64,000 nucleotides of DNA, from the IMG/VR virus record IMGVR_UViG_3300037589_000184, positions 34,523-98,522 of that record. One strand, given 5' to 3'. The notes under the pieces are model-generated. The model saw nothing but the letters and a program-made list of their open reading frames with translations. It did no database searches and was not told the origin of the DNA. The DNA comes from a virus (lineage: Duplodnaviria > Heunggongvirae > Uroviricota > Caudoviricetes). This document shows positions 1-9,565 of this stretch, piece after piece (the first letter of the stretch is position 1; the number at the start of each line of letters is the position of its first letter). A program made the translations under genes and the position numbers.

Positions 1-285
1 GAGAGGCACATGTCACGATAATCCAAGATGGTCCATTGCATGGTGTGGAACACTGTGCAAGAGCAGTGTATGAAGATACTAGAGAAACATTTAAAGATGA
101 ATAAACGTTATGCAATACCGTTGATATGCACACTGTTGGGTGTGGCAATGCTCATCATGTTCTACATATCCTATGAAAACATCACAGCCGAGAGGTTCTG
201 GTGGATGTGGGGTACGGGCATGCTGCTGTTGATCATTTTACTGGTCATATCGTTCTATCAGATGAAAACCTAAAAAACAACCGTT

Positions 286-516
286 ATGAGAACACTATTG
301 TTGATAGCATTGTTCTCCCTGTTGACCTCCTGTACATTCTTTACCACTACGCACACAAATGAGTTCAAAGTGGTAAGGATAGAGGGGACCGAGAGGGGGT
401 CACAATGGTACACTGTCGAGGCAGTGAAGAACACCGACTGTACATTCCGTTTCAAATCCTCCGAGAGATTTGCAATAGGGGATGTACTTGAATTGACCAT
501 TAAACAATCGTTATGA
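286..516 (+). CDS. small lipoprotein (signal peptide ending LLTSC lipobox)
   Basis: N-terminus MRTLLLIALFSLLTSC is a typical signal peptide with lipobox Cys. The stop overlaps the next start in an ATGA arrangement. Confidence 0.3.
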   Translation: MRTLLLIALFSLLTSCTFFTTTHTNEFKVVRIEGTERGSQWYTVEAVKNTDCTFRFKSSERFAIGDVLELTIKQSL

Positions 517-954
517 GCTTGATAAAATTTGGCCCGAATATGGGCGAGCAGCACCCAACAATAGGTTCAGTCGAGAACTTTATCTATGATGGGTTCGGAT
601 GCGAGACAAAGAAAGGTTTCGCACCATTTGAGGTGAAAGAGTTCATTGAATGGACAGATGATCCGGGAATCGTACATGTGCTGTGCACTGACAATGTTCC
701 CAGACGTATCCCATCATGTCAACTTTCACGTGAACTGTTGGACACATTCCCGGAACCTCCCAAACTTGATCCCTTCAATGGTAAGGGTGTATTGTTTGGA
801 CTGCCCTCGACATCATGAAAAGAAAAGATTTTATAATGATGGTAATTTGGCTTATATGTTTACTGTCCATTGTTGCCATAATAGATGGAATGGTGGAAAT
901 TATAGCAGAAGAGACCTCAAAAAGGACAATTGAACTTTTAAAAAAAGAAAAGCC

Positions 955-1227
955 ATGTCAAGCAGAATAACGGGAGGACCTGTCTGTATGGACTGTGGAG
1001 GAAGGTACAATGGATCACACCCACAGGGTATGTGCTCTGATTGTGGGGCCGATAATTGGTTGGATGAACAAGATGTTATGGAACGGAATGAATATTTTGG
1101 GGAAATGGTGAAAAGAGTCCAATGTACGCCAAGAGACCTTGAAGAACTGTTCTTAATGACAAATTATAGTCTACAGGTGACAACTCAAAACAGAAAAACG
1201 AACAAAAGACTGTTATTGATATCATGA
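955..1227 (+). CDS. small zinc-ribbon protein (CxxC...CxxC)
   Basis: CMDCGG...CSDCG gives two CxxC pairs spaced about 13 aa apart. Confidence 0.3.
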   Translation: MSSRITGGPVCMDCGGRYNGSHPQGMCSDCGADNWLDEQDVMERNEYFGEMVKRVQCTPRDLEELFLMTNYSLQVTTQNRKTNKRLLLIS

Positions 1228-1982
1228 GTACAAGGATATTATTATGGGCACTCTTCATCGTAGGGGTGTTCTTTACCGTTATTGCCACTGTACTTGCGAA
1301 CAATGGTGCAACATTTATGTTGGTGCTCACATCATTTGTGTCCGGTGCATTCTATGGTATGTCGATACCCGCACTGGTCAACAGCTATCTTACCAAAAAA
1401 GAGGACGAATATTATGATGTACCATAACTTTGTGAACGACCTCAACGATATACTGTTCATAAACGGTGTCGTTGAGGTGGAAAGGATGACAAGCTCAAAT
1501 GTGGAGCATGAAAGAAATGTTGAACTTGCTTTGATATTGTCAGGGCAAGGTATAAATTTGTCAAAACCATAAAAAAGCTATTATTATGAAGACCATAAAA
1601 AAGCTTCTCAAAAAGTGGGACAGTTTCAAAAGGATTGAACAATGGAAGATATGGGATGCTCTTGGAGAGTGTGGCAGATCTGCAAGTTGGGCAATCCATA
1701 GATAAAAAATACAATGGAAAAAACAACAATAGTATTGGGTAATGGAGGAATTGCTGCACACAGTGCTGCAATAAGCTCTTTAATGAAAACTAATCCTGAT
1801 CTCATCATTGTTGATGACCTTGAACAATCTCAAAAAGAAAATATCATGACATTGAACAGTATTAGGGATTTTATCCCAGATTTAACACCAAGTGGTTATA
1901 TGATAGCCCCGGGGAGTCCATTTTATTCTCCTACAAAGAGCCAAAAAATCAAAAGGAAACGTCTGTTGGCACACAACCAACG

Positions 1983-2468
1983 ATGCAAAAGAAAAAAGAG
2001 ATGAGAACATTGTTCTTATTTCTTTTGTTACTACCCAGTATGATGAGTGCCCAAATCCACATGGAGGTGGGCACTTTGAATGTGTGGGACAGAGAGGATG
2101 GTGATCCTGTTACTTGGAGCATTGGCTATGGACAGGAGATTGTCCATGGATTTATATTGGATGCACAGATAAGGTATACCGGCATCCTTTGGGACACATA
2201 TTATTCCCCTGAACTATATCTCAAGCAGAGAATGGACATAGGGGATTTTATGGTTGAACCCGGAGTAGGTATGGGATACAATCTTGATGATTGGGACATT
2301 TACCCTATAATCGATACTAGATTGGGTGTGGACATTGATGATGGTATCTATATAATCGGCACTGTTGTACAAACCTTTAGAGACAAGAAAGAGACTTATT
2401 TCACAGTGGGCATCATGTTCAGAAGGCCGTTCATGAAAGGAAAGCGACAACCAAAAAGATTCTTCTGA
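1983..2468 (+). CDS. secreted hypothetical protein with signal peptide
   Basis: N-terminal MRTLFLFLLLLPSMMSAQ hydrophobic signal. Complete 161-aa ORF. Confidence 0.3.
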   Translation: MQKKKEMRTLFLFLLLLPSMMSAQIHMEVGTLNVWDREDGDPVTWSIGYGQEIVHGFILDAQIRYTGILWDTYYSPELYLKQRMDIGDFMVEPGVGMGYNLDDWDIYPIIDTRLGVDIDDGIYIIGTVVQTFRDKKETYFTVGIMFRRPFMKGKRQPKRFF

Positions 2469-2983
2469 TGAGAAAGTTCATATTCCTTGACATTGATGGT
2501 GTACTGAACCATCAAATTTGGTATCACATAAGAAAGAACATGCCCGAATGGTTGAACCTTGAAAAGAAAGGACAGGATTATGACCATCATTTTTGGGAGA
2601 TATGCCCAAAGACAATTGGAAATCTGAATGAACTTATATTCAATACAGGTGCAGAGGTCATTGTGTCATCGACTTGGAGACTTGGCAGAACTGCTGATGA
2701 TATCCAGAAAATCCTTGATAAGAGAGGGTTTGAGGGCAATATTATAGATGTGACCCCAAGATTGAGCTTTAACGGTGTTGGAGGAAGTGTGCCAAGGGGT
2801 TCCGAAATAGACCAATGGCTCAGAAACAACAATTTTGGTTGGCCGTTCAATAGATATGTCATATTGGACGACGATTCCGATATGCTCTTGAACCAAAGGG
2901 AAAACTTCTTTTGGTGTGATCCCTATTCAGGATTGACCCCCAATATAGCATATAAGGCAACTCATTTTCTAAATCGACCATAA
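2468..2983 (+). CDS. HAD-superfamily hydrolase, probable (deoxy)nucleotide 5'-phosphatase
   Basis: HAD motif I is FLDIDGVL (DxDx[TV]), motif II is VSST, and motif IV is ILDDDSD. Size of about 170 aa is typical of phage NT5C-like nucleotidases. Confidence 0.5.
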   Translation: MRKFIFLDIDGVLNHQIWYHIRKNMPEWLNLEKKGQDYDHHFWEICPKTIGNLNELIFNTGAEVIVSSTWRLGRTADDIQKILDKRGFEGNIIDVTPRLSFNGVGGSVPRGSEIDQWLRNNNFGWPFNRYVILDDDSDMLLNQRENFFWCDPYSGLTPNIAYKATHFLNRP

Positions 2984-3390
2984 TGAAACTTGTAAGCAAA
3001 AAATTGGCCATCTTGGCAAAGAGTGTTGGATACAATGAAGTGACCGATATGTTCTTCAATTCCTATTATCCAAATGGTACCGATAATATCAATGGTCTCA
3101 GAAACCATGACGATGCCCTTGGTACAAGGCCTGATTTTGTGTCATGGCCCTATCAATATGAACTGTTGGACTGGTTACGTGAAAAGCATTATATGTACAT
3201 AGTGTTGATGCCAAAGATAACTCCACAGAACAGTGTTATATGGTATAGGTTCACAGGAAAGTTGAAGAGGGATTGGAAAGGGTGTGAACCGGATTATAAT
3301 ATTCTGTTGGAGAAATGTCTGGAAAATGATCTTGAAGTTTTAAAATCAATGAAAAAACAGCAAAATGTACATACTCAACAGAAAGGGTAA
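2983..3390 (+). CDS. hypothetical protein
   Basis: 135-aa ORF with a TAATGA overlap to the upstream gene. Confidence 0.3.
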   Translation: MKLVSKKLAILAKSVGYNEVTDMFFNSYYPNGTDNINGLRNHDDALGTRPDFVSWPYQYELLDWLREKHYMYIVLMPKITPQNSVIWYRFTGKLKRDWKGCEPDYNILLEKCLENDLEVLKSMKKQQNVHTQQKG

Positions 3391-3730
3391 TTTTAAGACA
3401 ACCGAGTCACTCAACCAATGTAAGGATGTTGGCCATAATAATTATTTCTACCATCTACAGATTGTCACGAAAGGTCTTGATAAGGATGGGTTTGTCATTG
3501 AGCACCAAGAGGTTCAGGATGCAATCGAAGCAGCCCAACTCTATGGCAGTTGTGAGGAACTTTCAAAAAAGATCTTCAAAATTGTCAAAAGGCTCATGAA
3601 AGGACAGAAGTTCTATGCCTATAGGTCAACGATTGCCCCAAAGAGAGAGTTCGGGGCACTTGATTCCTATATGGAGTTCAAATGGTACAACAAAAAGATA
3701 GGGCCTGCTGCCCTATTGTACCTATCATAA
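3365..3730 (+). CDS. hypothetical protein (weak QueD/PTPS-like size and C..GH motif, not supported)
   Basis: 121 aa with CKDVGHNNY loosely resembling the QueD C-x-HGH motif, but the Zn-ligand histidines are absent. Confidence 0.25.
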   Translation: MYILNRKGNFKTTESLNQCKDVGHNNYFYHLQIVTKGLDKDGFVIEHQEVQDAIEAAQLYGSCEELSKKIFKIVKRLMKGQKFYAYRSTIAPKREFGALDSYMEFKWYNKKIGPAALLYLS

Positions 3731-4672
3731 GAATATAGGGGATAAAGCATACTTGGATGGATACAAGTAAAATATTTCCGTGCCTTAGGGTTTGAGGTGT
3801 CGCTGAGGTCTTTGACCAACTGGTGCGAATAAATTTGATGTACAAAAACCCATTCCTCTATTTTAGGACAAAGGTTAAACCTTGAAACCTTATAGTATAC
3901 GAAGCCGTGGAAACGGGGCACAGTATACTATGAAAGAAAGATAGATGAAAAATGTAAAGTTCGAGCATAGATAATATGTCATGAGGGTGCAACAACAGAC
4001 AAGGTCTTCTATGACCGTGTCTAGGGCCTCGATGTATTACATATAAATCTATTCAGTGTACCCCTGATATGCCATTTGAGGGGGAATAAGATAAGCCAGT
4101 AGCCATTGAGGATACTAGCCTATACGACTACAGGAACCTGCTATTCAGGTAAATGGTATCCAATATCATGGTTGTACGGATTGTAGTTGGTCCAGTACAA
4201 TGACCCTGTCTTTGATACACTGAGGAGTTGGCAGCTAGACTTCCATATTTCAGCTATCACACTTTAGTGTTGTGGTGTAAGCCAATATGGTGGTGCTAAA
4301 CAATATTATGGAATCCCCCTCCTGTCCCAGTCCCGTGAAGAACGGACCTGTATAATTACCGTGGTGACCAGATGTGAAGATTGGAAACTTGACATCCCTC
4401 CGGTGCCGGGGCAACACGTGGATAGGGGGGTTATGGAACATGGGTGTCCCATAATTGTCGTTGACAGCATTTTCGGAATGTAGGCCCCGAAGGTGTGGGA
4501 CATCCCATCTTTTTATGTCGGCACCATATCGTGAGCGTGGTGGGCATTGGATATGAAGGACAAAAAGTGAAGTCTTGGATGTGCAGTACAACTGGTCCAA
4601 GGAGGTGCTGTACTACCATTGTCCTTCTATTTTATGTATCTTTGGAATGTTTAACCAAAACATTAGAAAGAT

Positions 4673-4864
4673 ATGGAATTCAGTTTTTTAGGTTTTATCC
4701 TATACACTGCTATAATTGCAGTCGTGGGAGGTTTTATCGGCATCCTTGTATATCGCAACAACGAGAAGAAAATGGATGCACGGTTTGACAAAATAGATGA
4801 AAAGTACGATGAAAAGCTCAAGCATATTGTTGAGGACATCAAGGAGACTTTGAAAAAGAAGTAA
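4673..4864 (+). CDS. small membrane protein
   Basis: 63 aa with one hydrophobic helix (FLGFILYTAIIAVVGGFIGILVY) and a charged C-terminus. Confidence 0.3.
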   Translation: MEFSFLGFILYTAIIAVVGGFIGILVYRNNEKKMDARFDKIDEKYDEKLKHIVEDIKETLKKK

Positions 4865-4892
4865 TGCCGTGAATTTTTGAGATTGATGAGAG

Positions 4893-4920
4893 AAACCCCT
4901 ATAATTGGGGTTTCTTTTTG
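4893..4920 (+). terminator. rho-independent terminator hairpin
   Basis: GAAACCCC-TATAATT-GGGGTTTC followed by TTTTTG, directly after the 4864 stop. Confidence 0.5.
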
Positions 4921-5083
4921 TCAATAAAGAAAAAAGAACCAAAAAAGAAAGGCACTCTTATACTGGATTCATCTGTGATGAGGCCGGTTTCAAGGAATTG
5001 CTTCGCAATTGCCTGAAAGGCCGAGCCGAAGTTACACGATATCAGTGACAAAATCAAATTTTTAATCAAACACAACAAAAATT

Positions 5084-5731
5084 ATGGCACAGAAAGCAAG
5101 AATACTAGGTTATCTTGGTGATGATAGGTTTGTTATCGGGTTAAAGGAAAACCAACCTTCCGATGGATCCCCTGATCCCATAAAGATAAAATTGGCCCAT
5201 GACTATGTGGAAATAGAGGGTATGTCCAACTTTATGGTAGATGATAGCTCCGATTACAAATCAAGTAATGGAGTATCCAATTGGGTAAAAAGCCGGGCAT
5301 CCATCCAAATAGGTATCCGGGAGTTCAAGGATATCCTTTTGCCCCTGTTCATGAACGCCCATTATCTCTCTGATGAACATTTTAAGATGAGAAAACATGA
5401 GGAGGATGACAAATATTTTGAACGATATGGTCTGGAAAGTCCTAGATGGACAAAGGGAGAAGAATATCCTCCATATACTTTCAATTCCAGTGTGATAGAG
5501 TTCTTCAATGAGAGGACACAACAACAGATGGTGACTTTTCGTAGGGCACACAGTCTTGTATATGAGACTGTCACAAAGGATCTTTTTGATCTTATCCGGC
5601 CACAACTGGAACTCTATAAATCCGAGTGGGACATGAAAAAAGTGATCGGGACCACTGTGATCGAAGAAGAAAAGGTGGATGACAGTGCCGAGATTGTCAA
5701 CGAGGATGAAAACATCCCACCGGAAGCATAG
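5084..5731 (+). CDS. hypothetical protein
   Basis: 215-aa ORF with an ATG start, ending in TAG. Confidence 0.4.
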   Translation: MAQKARILGYLGDDRFVIGLKENQPSDGSPDPIKIKLAHDYVEIEGMSNFMVDDSSDYKSSNGVSNWVKSRASIQIGIREFKDILLPLFMNAHYLSDEHFKMRKHEEDDKYFERYGLESPRWTKGEEYPPYTFNSSVIEFFNERTQQQMVTFRRAHSLVYETVTKDLFDLIRPQLELYKSEWDMKKVIGTTVIEEEKVDDSAEIVNEDENIPPEA

Positions 5732-5752
5732 ATTTCTTTCTTATAGGTATAT

Positions 5753-5787
5753 GGGAACAGGTTTGTTTTGAACCTGTTCCCTTTTAT
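5753..5787 (+). terminator. rho-independent terminator hairpin
   Basis: Perfect 9-bp stem GGGAACAGG/CCTGTTCCC with an 11-nt loop, followed by TTTTAT. Confidence 0.55.
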
Positions 5788-5800
5788 CGTAACTTCCTCC

Positions 5801-5826
5801 CCTCAAGACCCTCACTAATTTATACC
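5801..5826 (+). promoter_or_regulatory. conserved promoter-like motif copy 1 (CCTCAAGACCCTCACTAATTTA), T3-promoter-like core
   Basis: One of three near-identical copies of CTCAARACCCTCACTAATyT. Its core ACCCTCACTAA equals the T3 RNAP promoter core. It sits between a terminator and the lipoprotein gene. Confidence 0.4.
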
Positions 5827-5851
5827 ATAAACATAATTGATAAAAAAGACC

Positions 5852-6454
5852 ATGAAAAAACTCATTATCGTGCCCCTGTTGGCACTTCTTGCATCATGTA
5901 CCATCTCCGAACAGTGTGATGGGTGCAAGGAACCAATCGTACAGACCATTGTGGATACTCTCTACATAGAGACACCACCTGTCATCGACACATTGTATGT
6001 GGAAGTCCCTGTAGTGGAGATCGACACTGTATATGTTGACAATATCATTGTGGATACCCTGTTATGCAAACAAGTGTCCAAAACCTTTGATTTCAAGGAT
6101 TTTCCAAAGGGGTGCACAGATGTCACGCTTGACGGTATTGTCATTGACAGTGATGCACAGTATTCCGTGGTGGACACCTATGCAGGACTAGGACTCTATG
6201 CGGAGGACGGAATCTCATTTGATTTTTCCTCCTATGGAGAGGGTACCGAGCTTGATTATATCTACTATAAGGCCGTGGACTGTCCCGGGGAATACATCTA
6301 TTGGGACAATGGACAGATGGAACTGCCACACAGGTCCTATGGACAACCTGTTTACCTTAACATTGACCAGATCACAGAGGGGTTTTATCTTGATATCAAG
6401 AAAAAGCTCATCCTGTTGGAATTTGGCATAAAAACCTATGAATGTGATGAATAG
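5852..6454 (+). CDS. lipoprotein
   Basis: MKKLIIVPLLALLASCT is a signal peptide with a lipobox. The track ORF starts at a TTG at 5837, and the ATG at 5852 is the likelier start. Confidence 0.45.
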   Translation: MKKLIIVPLLALLASCTISEQCDGCKEPIVQTIVDTLYIETPPVIDTLYVEVPVVEIDTVYVDNIIVDTLLCKQVSKTFDFKDFPKGCTDVTLDGIVIDSDAQYSVVDTYAGLGLYAEDGISFDFSSYGEGTELDYIYYKAVDCPGEYIYWDNGQMELPHRSYGQPVYLNIDQITEGFYLDIKKKLILLEFGIKTYECDE

Positions 6455-7454
6455 ACTCTTTATTATAATGCTCCTGTTTGTGTGCAGCATATCTGCACAG
6501 GAGTTCAAGCCGTGGACATTCGAGCTTGGAACAGGCCTCCACTGGGTGGATGGCCAATGTGACCTTTCATTGGATGACAATACAGTGGATGTAAAAGCAA
6601 GGGCAAGGTACAATTTCAACGAGACCTTCGGCCTACAGTTGTCGGCACAACATTCAGCCCTATCTTTTGAGGGATTTGGAAAAGTGCCATATCAAAGGGC
6701 GGCACTTGGTGTATCGACAAATCTCTGGAACATTCTTGACATACGTTCAAACACGTTCAAGGTACTGATGTACGGGGATGTGGGGTACTCAAGGATGACG
6801 GCAAAGGATTATATCGAGGCACAGAGGATGTTCTCCACTTCATTGTCCATTGCACCTGTTTTCAGGGTCAATGATGACATTTCCATAAAACTTGAGGCCA
6901 CTTCCATAATGAACCATGGAAAACATGCCTCCTTTGATTTCCAATCGGCTACCCAACACACCTTGGTCAATACCCTGCACATAGGGGTCATGTACCACAT
7001 AGGTAAAAAAGGTTCCCCCGCTGATTGGTACAAAAGAAGGGTAAAAGTGGACACTGTTGTGCTTGAGAGGCCCTCCACTGCCGTTGTCGAGAGGACAATA
7101 GTGGAAAAGGAGTGCATCAAATGTGATGCCCCATCCGATATCATGGAACATGTCTATTTCAGGTATGATGTGGACTCCATTGACAAGGATGGCCTTGATG
7201 CACTGCAACATATAGTGGAAGGGTGGAAATCTGGGGACAGTATCACTGTGACAGGTCATGCATGTCCTTCCGGAAATCCCGGGTACAACCTTGACCTTTC
7301 CCGAAGAAGGGCAACAAACGTAAAACAAAAACTACAAAGGGCAGGTATCCCTGAAAGTGCCATCTTACTTGAGTATAAAGGAGAGGACACCAATAAGGGG
7401 AAACATGACCATGATATGGCAAGAAGGGTGGACATTGTCCTGAAACGGAAATGA
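6438..7454 (+). CDS. OmpA-family protein (signal peptide plus C-terminal OmpA peptidoglycan-binding domain)
   Basis: Signal MNRLFIIMLLFVCSISAQ. C-terminus TVTGHACPSGNPGYNLDLSRRRATNV...ARRVDIVL matches the OmpA_C-like motif (TGHTD..G....N..LS..RA). Confidence 0.55.
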   Translation: MNVMNRLFIIMLLFVCSISAQEFKPWTFELGTGLHWVDGQCDLSLDDNTVDVKARARYNFNETFGLQLSAQHSALSFEGFGKVPYQRAALGVSTNLWNILDIRSNTFKVLMYGDVGYSRMTAKDYIEAQRMFSTSLSIAPVFRVNDDISIKLEATSIMNHGKHASFDFQSATQHTLVNTLHIGVMYHIGKKGSPADWYKRRVKVDTVVLERPSTAVVERTIVEKECIKCDAPSDIMEHVYFRYDVDSIDKDGLDALQHIVEGWKSGDSITVTGHACPSGNPGYNLDLSRRRATNVKQKLQRAGIPESAILLEYKGEDTNKGKHDHDMARRVDIVLKRK

Positions 7455-7484
7455 CCCTTCATGGTTGGTTAATTTAGTTGAAAA

Positions 7485-7512
7485 GGCAGATATCTTTATA
7501 TCTGCCTTTTTT
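7485..7512 (+). terminator. rho-independent terminator hairpin
   Basis: GGCAGATAT-CTTT-ATATCTGCC followed by TTTTTT. An A-tract upstream makes it potentially bidirectional. Confidence 0.55.
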
Positions 7513-7528
7513 GTTGATACCTCCCTCA

Positions 7529-7556
7529 CCTCAAAACCCTCACTAATTTAGGGACT
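7529..7556 (+). promoter_or_regulatory. conserved promoter-like motif copy 2 (CCTCAAAACCCTCACTAATTTAGGGA)
   Basis: Same motif as at 5801, immediately after a terminator and before a small gene. It includes a downstream TTTAGGGA reminiscent of the T3/T7 +1 GGGA. Confidence 0.4.
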
Positions 7557-7598
7557 TAGGTGCCGTGCAATCTTTATGGTGCCAAAAAACAGATAGCC

Positions 7599-7817
7599 AT
7601 GACCGAGTTTTTAAGAAAATTGGGCAATAACATAAAACCTGAGAGACAACATATATTGGATGCCAATCAAATGGCGGATGATATATTCTCAAGGGAACCT
7701 GCCCTCCATCTGGAAATGTTCGAGGCCATAGCAAAGAGGCTTGCCGCCAACTATGAGGTTGGACGCAACAATTTTGTAAACTTCAAAAAACCAGACACAG
7801 ATGAAGAAAAAAAGTAA
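7599..7817 (+). CDS. hypothetical small protein
   Basis: The track ORF starts at a GTG at 7560 overlapping the motif. The ATG at 7599 (MTEFLRK...) is the likelier start. Confidence 0.25.
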   Translation: MTEFLRKLGNNIKPERQHILDANQMADDIFSREPALHLEMFEAIAKRLAANYEVGRNNFVNFKKPDTDEEKK

Positions 7818-8044
7818 GTACACGGAATCAGGTGCCCTTGCCTCGTTGAGGAAAAAGGGTGTGGTTCCCGGAAAAAAGAAGAGATTGATCCTGAAAGACT
7901 CCTCTAGGGAGATAGGTTCGGGATCATGGGGAAAATTGGATTTCCTCACAGGAATAGGCTACACCGTTGTGGACAAGAGATCAGGTCAGTGATGGCCCAA
8001 TTCCCATATTGTGTAGAAAGTAGGTGGTTAGGTTTTTTGGGAAC

Positions 8045-8091
8045 AACAGGGCCACTATAAGACCATTTTTAGAAAGGCCCGTGGCCCTGTT
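8045..8091. repeat. perfect 11-bp inverted repeat (AACAGGGCCAC...GTGGCCCTGTT) with 25-nt spacer
   Basis: Seen directly in the intergenic region between the 7992 and 8119 ORFs. No U-tract follows it. Confidence 0.4.
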
Positions 8092-8118
8092 ATATTCAAC
8101 CTTAAAAGACCTTTTACC

Positions 8119-8454
8119 ATGACATTTAGACAATTGCCCAAATTTGTGCCGTACCTCAACCAGAATGGGCATCTATCCATGATAGTGGCCGAACATGGCA
8201 AGACTGCACATATAATGAACCACCATGGCAGTGTATGGTCCCTAAAGAGGGACAGTGCCTATGCCACAAACGTACATCTGTCCACTCCTGATATCACACC
8301 AGAGGAGTTTTTTGATGAAATGCCCCCCAATCTATTGGAAGGGTACAGTTCAAAATATTTCAAAAAGACCTTTGATATGGCAAAAGATGCCTATCTGAAA
8401 TCAAAAGGACAGCCCTTGCTTCCGTGTGCCCATAGATTGTTGTTAATTTGTTGA
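8119..8454 (+). CDS. hypothetical protein
   Basis: 111-aa ORF with an ATG start. Confidence 0.3.
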   Translation: MTFRQLPKFVPYLNQNGHLSMIVAEHGKTAHIMNHHGSVWSLKRDSAYATNVHLSTPDITPEEFFDEMPPNLLEGYSSKYFKKTFDMAKDAYLKSKGQPLLPCAHRLLLIC

Positions 8455-8663
8455 TCATGGACCATAACAACACAACCTATCAAGAGGCCCTGCTCAAGAG
8501 ACTGGAAAATAAGGAACAGTTCTACTTTGAAGCCTATGGTGGCATAGGTAAGGTTCCCTCCCCTGATGCATATTCCATACAGATGGCAATGTACATGAGG
8601 GTACAAAGGGCATTTGCCCATAAAAAATATCGACTATTATTAATCTGTTAAAAACCCGTTGAG

Positions 8664-8960
8664 ATGAAAATTTTGGAAATCCTTTCTCAGGACAAAGAGA
8701 CACTTGAAAAGAAAAAGGCCGAAAGAGTGGCCAAGGCCCTTGCCAGAAAGCAGGAGGCACTTATCGATAAATTGGAGGACCAGAAGGATACCCTCTTGGC
8801 CAAGAAGGACAGTCTGCTGTCCATCACGGTAAGTAGTGTCAACCAAGAGACTTGGAACGATCAGTTGCAAGAAACTCTGGTGGAGCTTACCACGCTCGAT
8901 AAGCAGATCGAGATTGCCAAGAATACCTCCGAGGAATTCTTCTCCGAAACACAGGCATAG
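8664..8960 (+). CDS. hypothetical coiled-coil protein
   Basis: 98 aa rich in K, E and L heptads. Ends in TAG. Confidence 0.3.
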   Translation: MKILEILSQDKETLEKKKAERVAKALARKQEALIDKLEDQKDTLLAKKDSLLSITVSSVNQETWNDQLQETLVELTTLDKQIEIAKNTSEEFFSETQA

Positions 8961-8962
8961 CC

Positions 8963-9493
8963 ATGGCTTCCCTAAAATGCTATCTCTCCGTGTCCAATCT
9001 AGTGGACACGGAGAGAGTGGATCAGGTCTCCAACTTTCTTGCCCCGAAGAACATACAGGTAAGTTTCCATAAGCGTGGAAAGAACTATGATGAATCAAAA
9101 TTGGTGAACTCAGATTTTGTACTGTTCATTCCTTGGGCCAAGACCGTTTCAAAGGACAGGTCACAATCAAAGAAGACATTCGAGAACGTGGTAGGCAAGG
9201 GGCAGTTCGGGGAGGCAACACACTGTTGTATGCTGAACAAGCCTGCTTTTGTCTTCCAAGGGTTCGATGATGATGGACAACTGCTCATGACCAAGCTCTA
9301 TGAAGAGGACCATGAGCACCTTGCCATCATGGAGGACTGGAAGAAGAGATGGGGATGGATAAGGAGCTATGTACGTGGCAATGGCCCCGTGCCACTTATC
9401 CAGTTCTTGGAAGGTTTCTTCGGTTGGTACTCACCTGTACCGGAACAACTTGATCTATTTGACAAGAATAAAAGATTTCTACTACTTTTGTAG
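8963..9493 (+). CDS. hypothetical protein
   Basis: 176-aa ORF ending in TAG. Confidence 0.3.
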   Translation: MASLKCYLSVSNLVDTERVDQVSNFLAPKNIQVSFHKRGKNYDESKLVNSDFVLFIPWAKTVSKDRSQSKKTFENVVGKGQFGEATHCCMLNKPAFVFQGFDDDGQLLMTKLYEEDHEHLAIMEDWKKRWGWIRSYVRGNGPVPLIQFLEGFFGWYSPVPEQLDLFDKNKRFLLLL

Positions 9494-9565
9494 AAGTGTT
9501 CATCGTGGGGAGGGACCTGCTTTCGTCACCCAGTGATGTCTTCCTCCCCTCTTTGAACCTATAAT

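Noticed and set aside
3365-3730. QueD / 6-pyruvoyl-tetrahydropterin synthase (7-deazaguanine pathway)
   Set aside because: The size matches, but the Zn-binding His triad (HGH) is not present.
3731-4672. Possibility that the ORF-free region is a coding gene using a reassigned stop codon read by the CUA tRNA
   Set aside because: TAG, TAA and TGA all occur at about random frequency in every frame, so no single reassignment restores an ORF.
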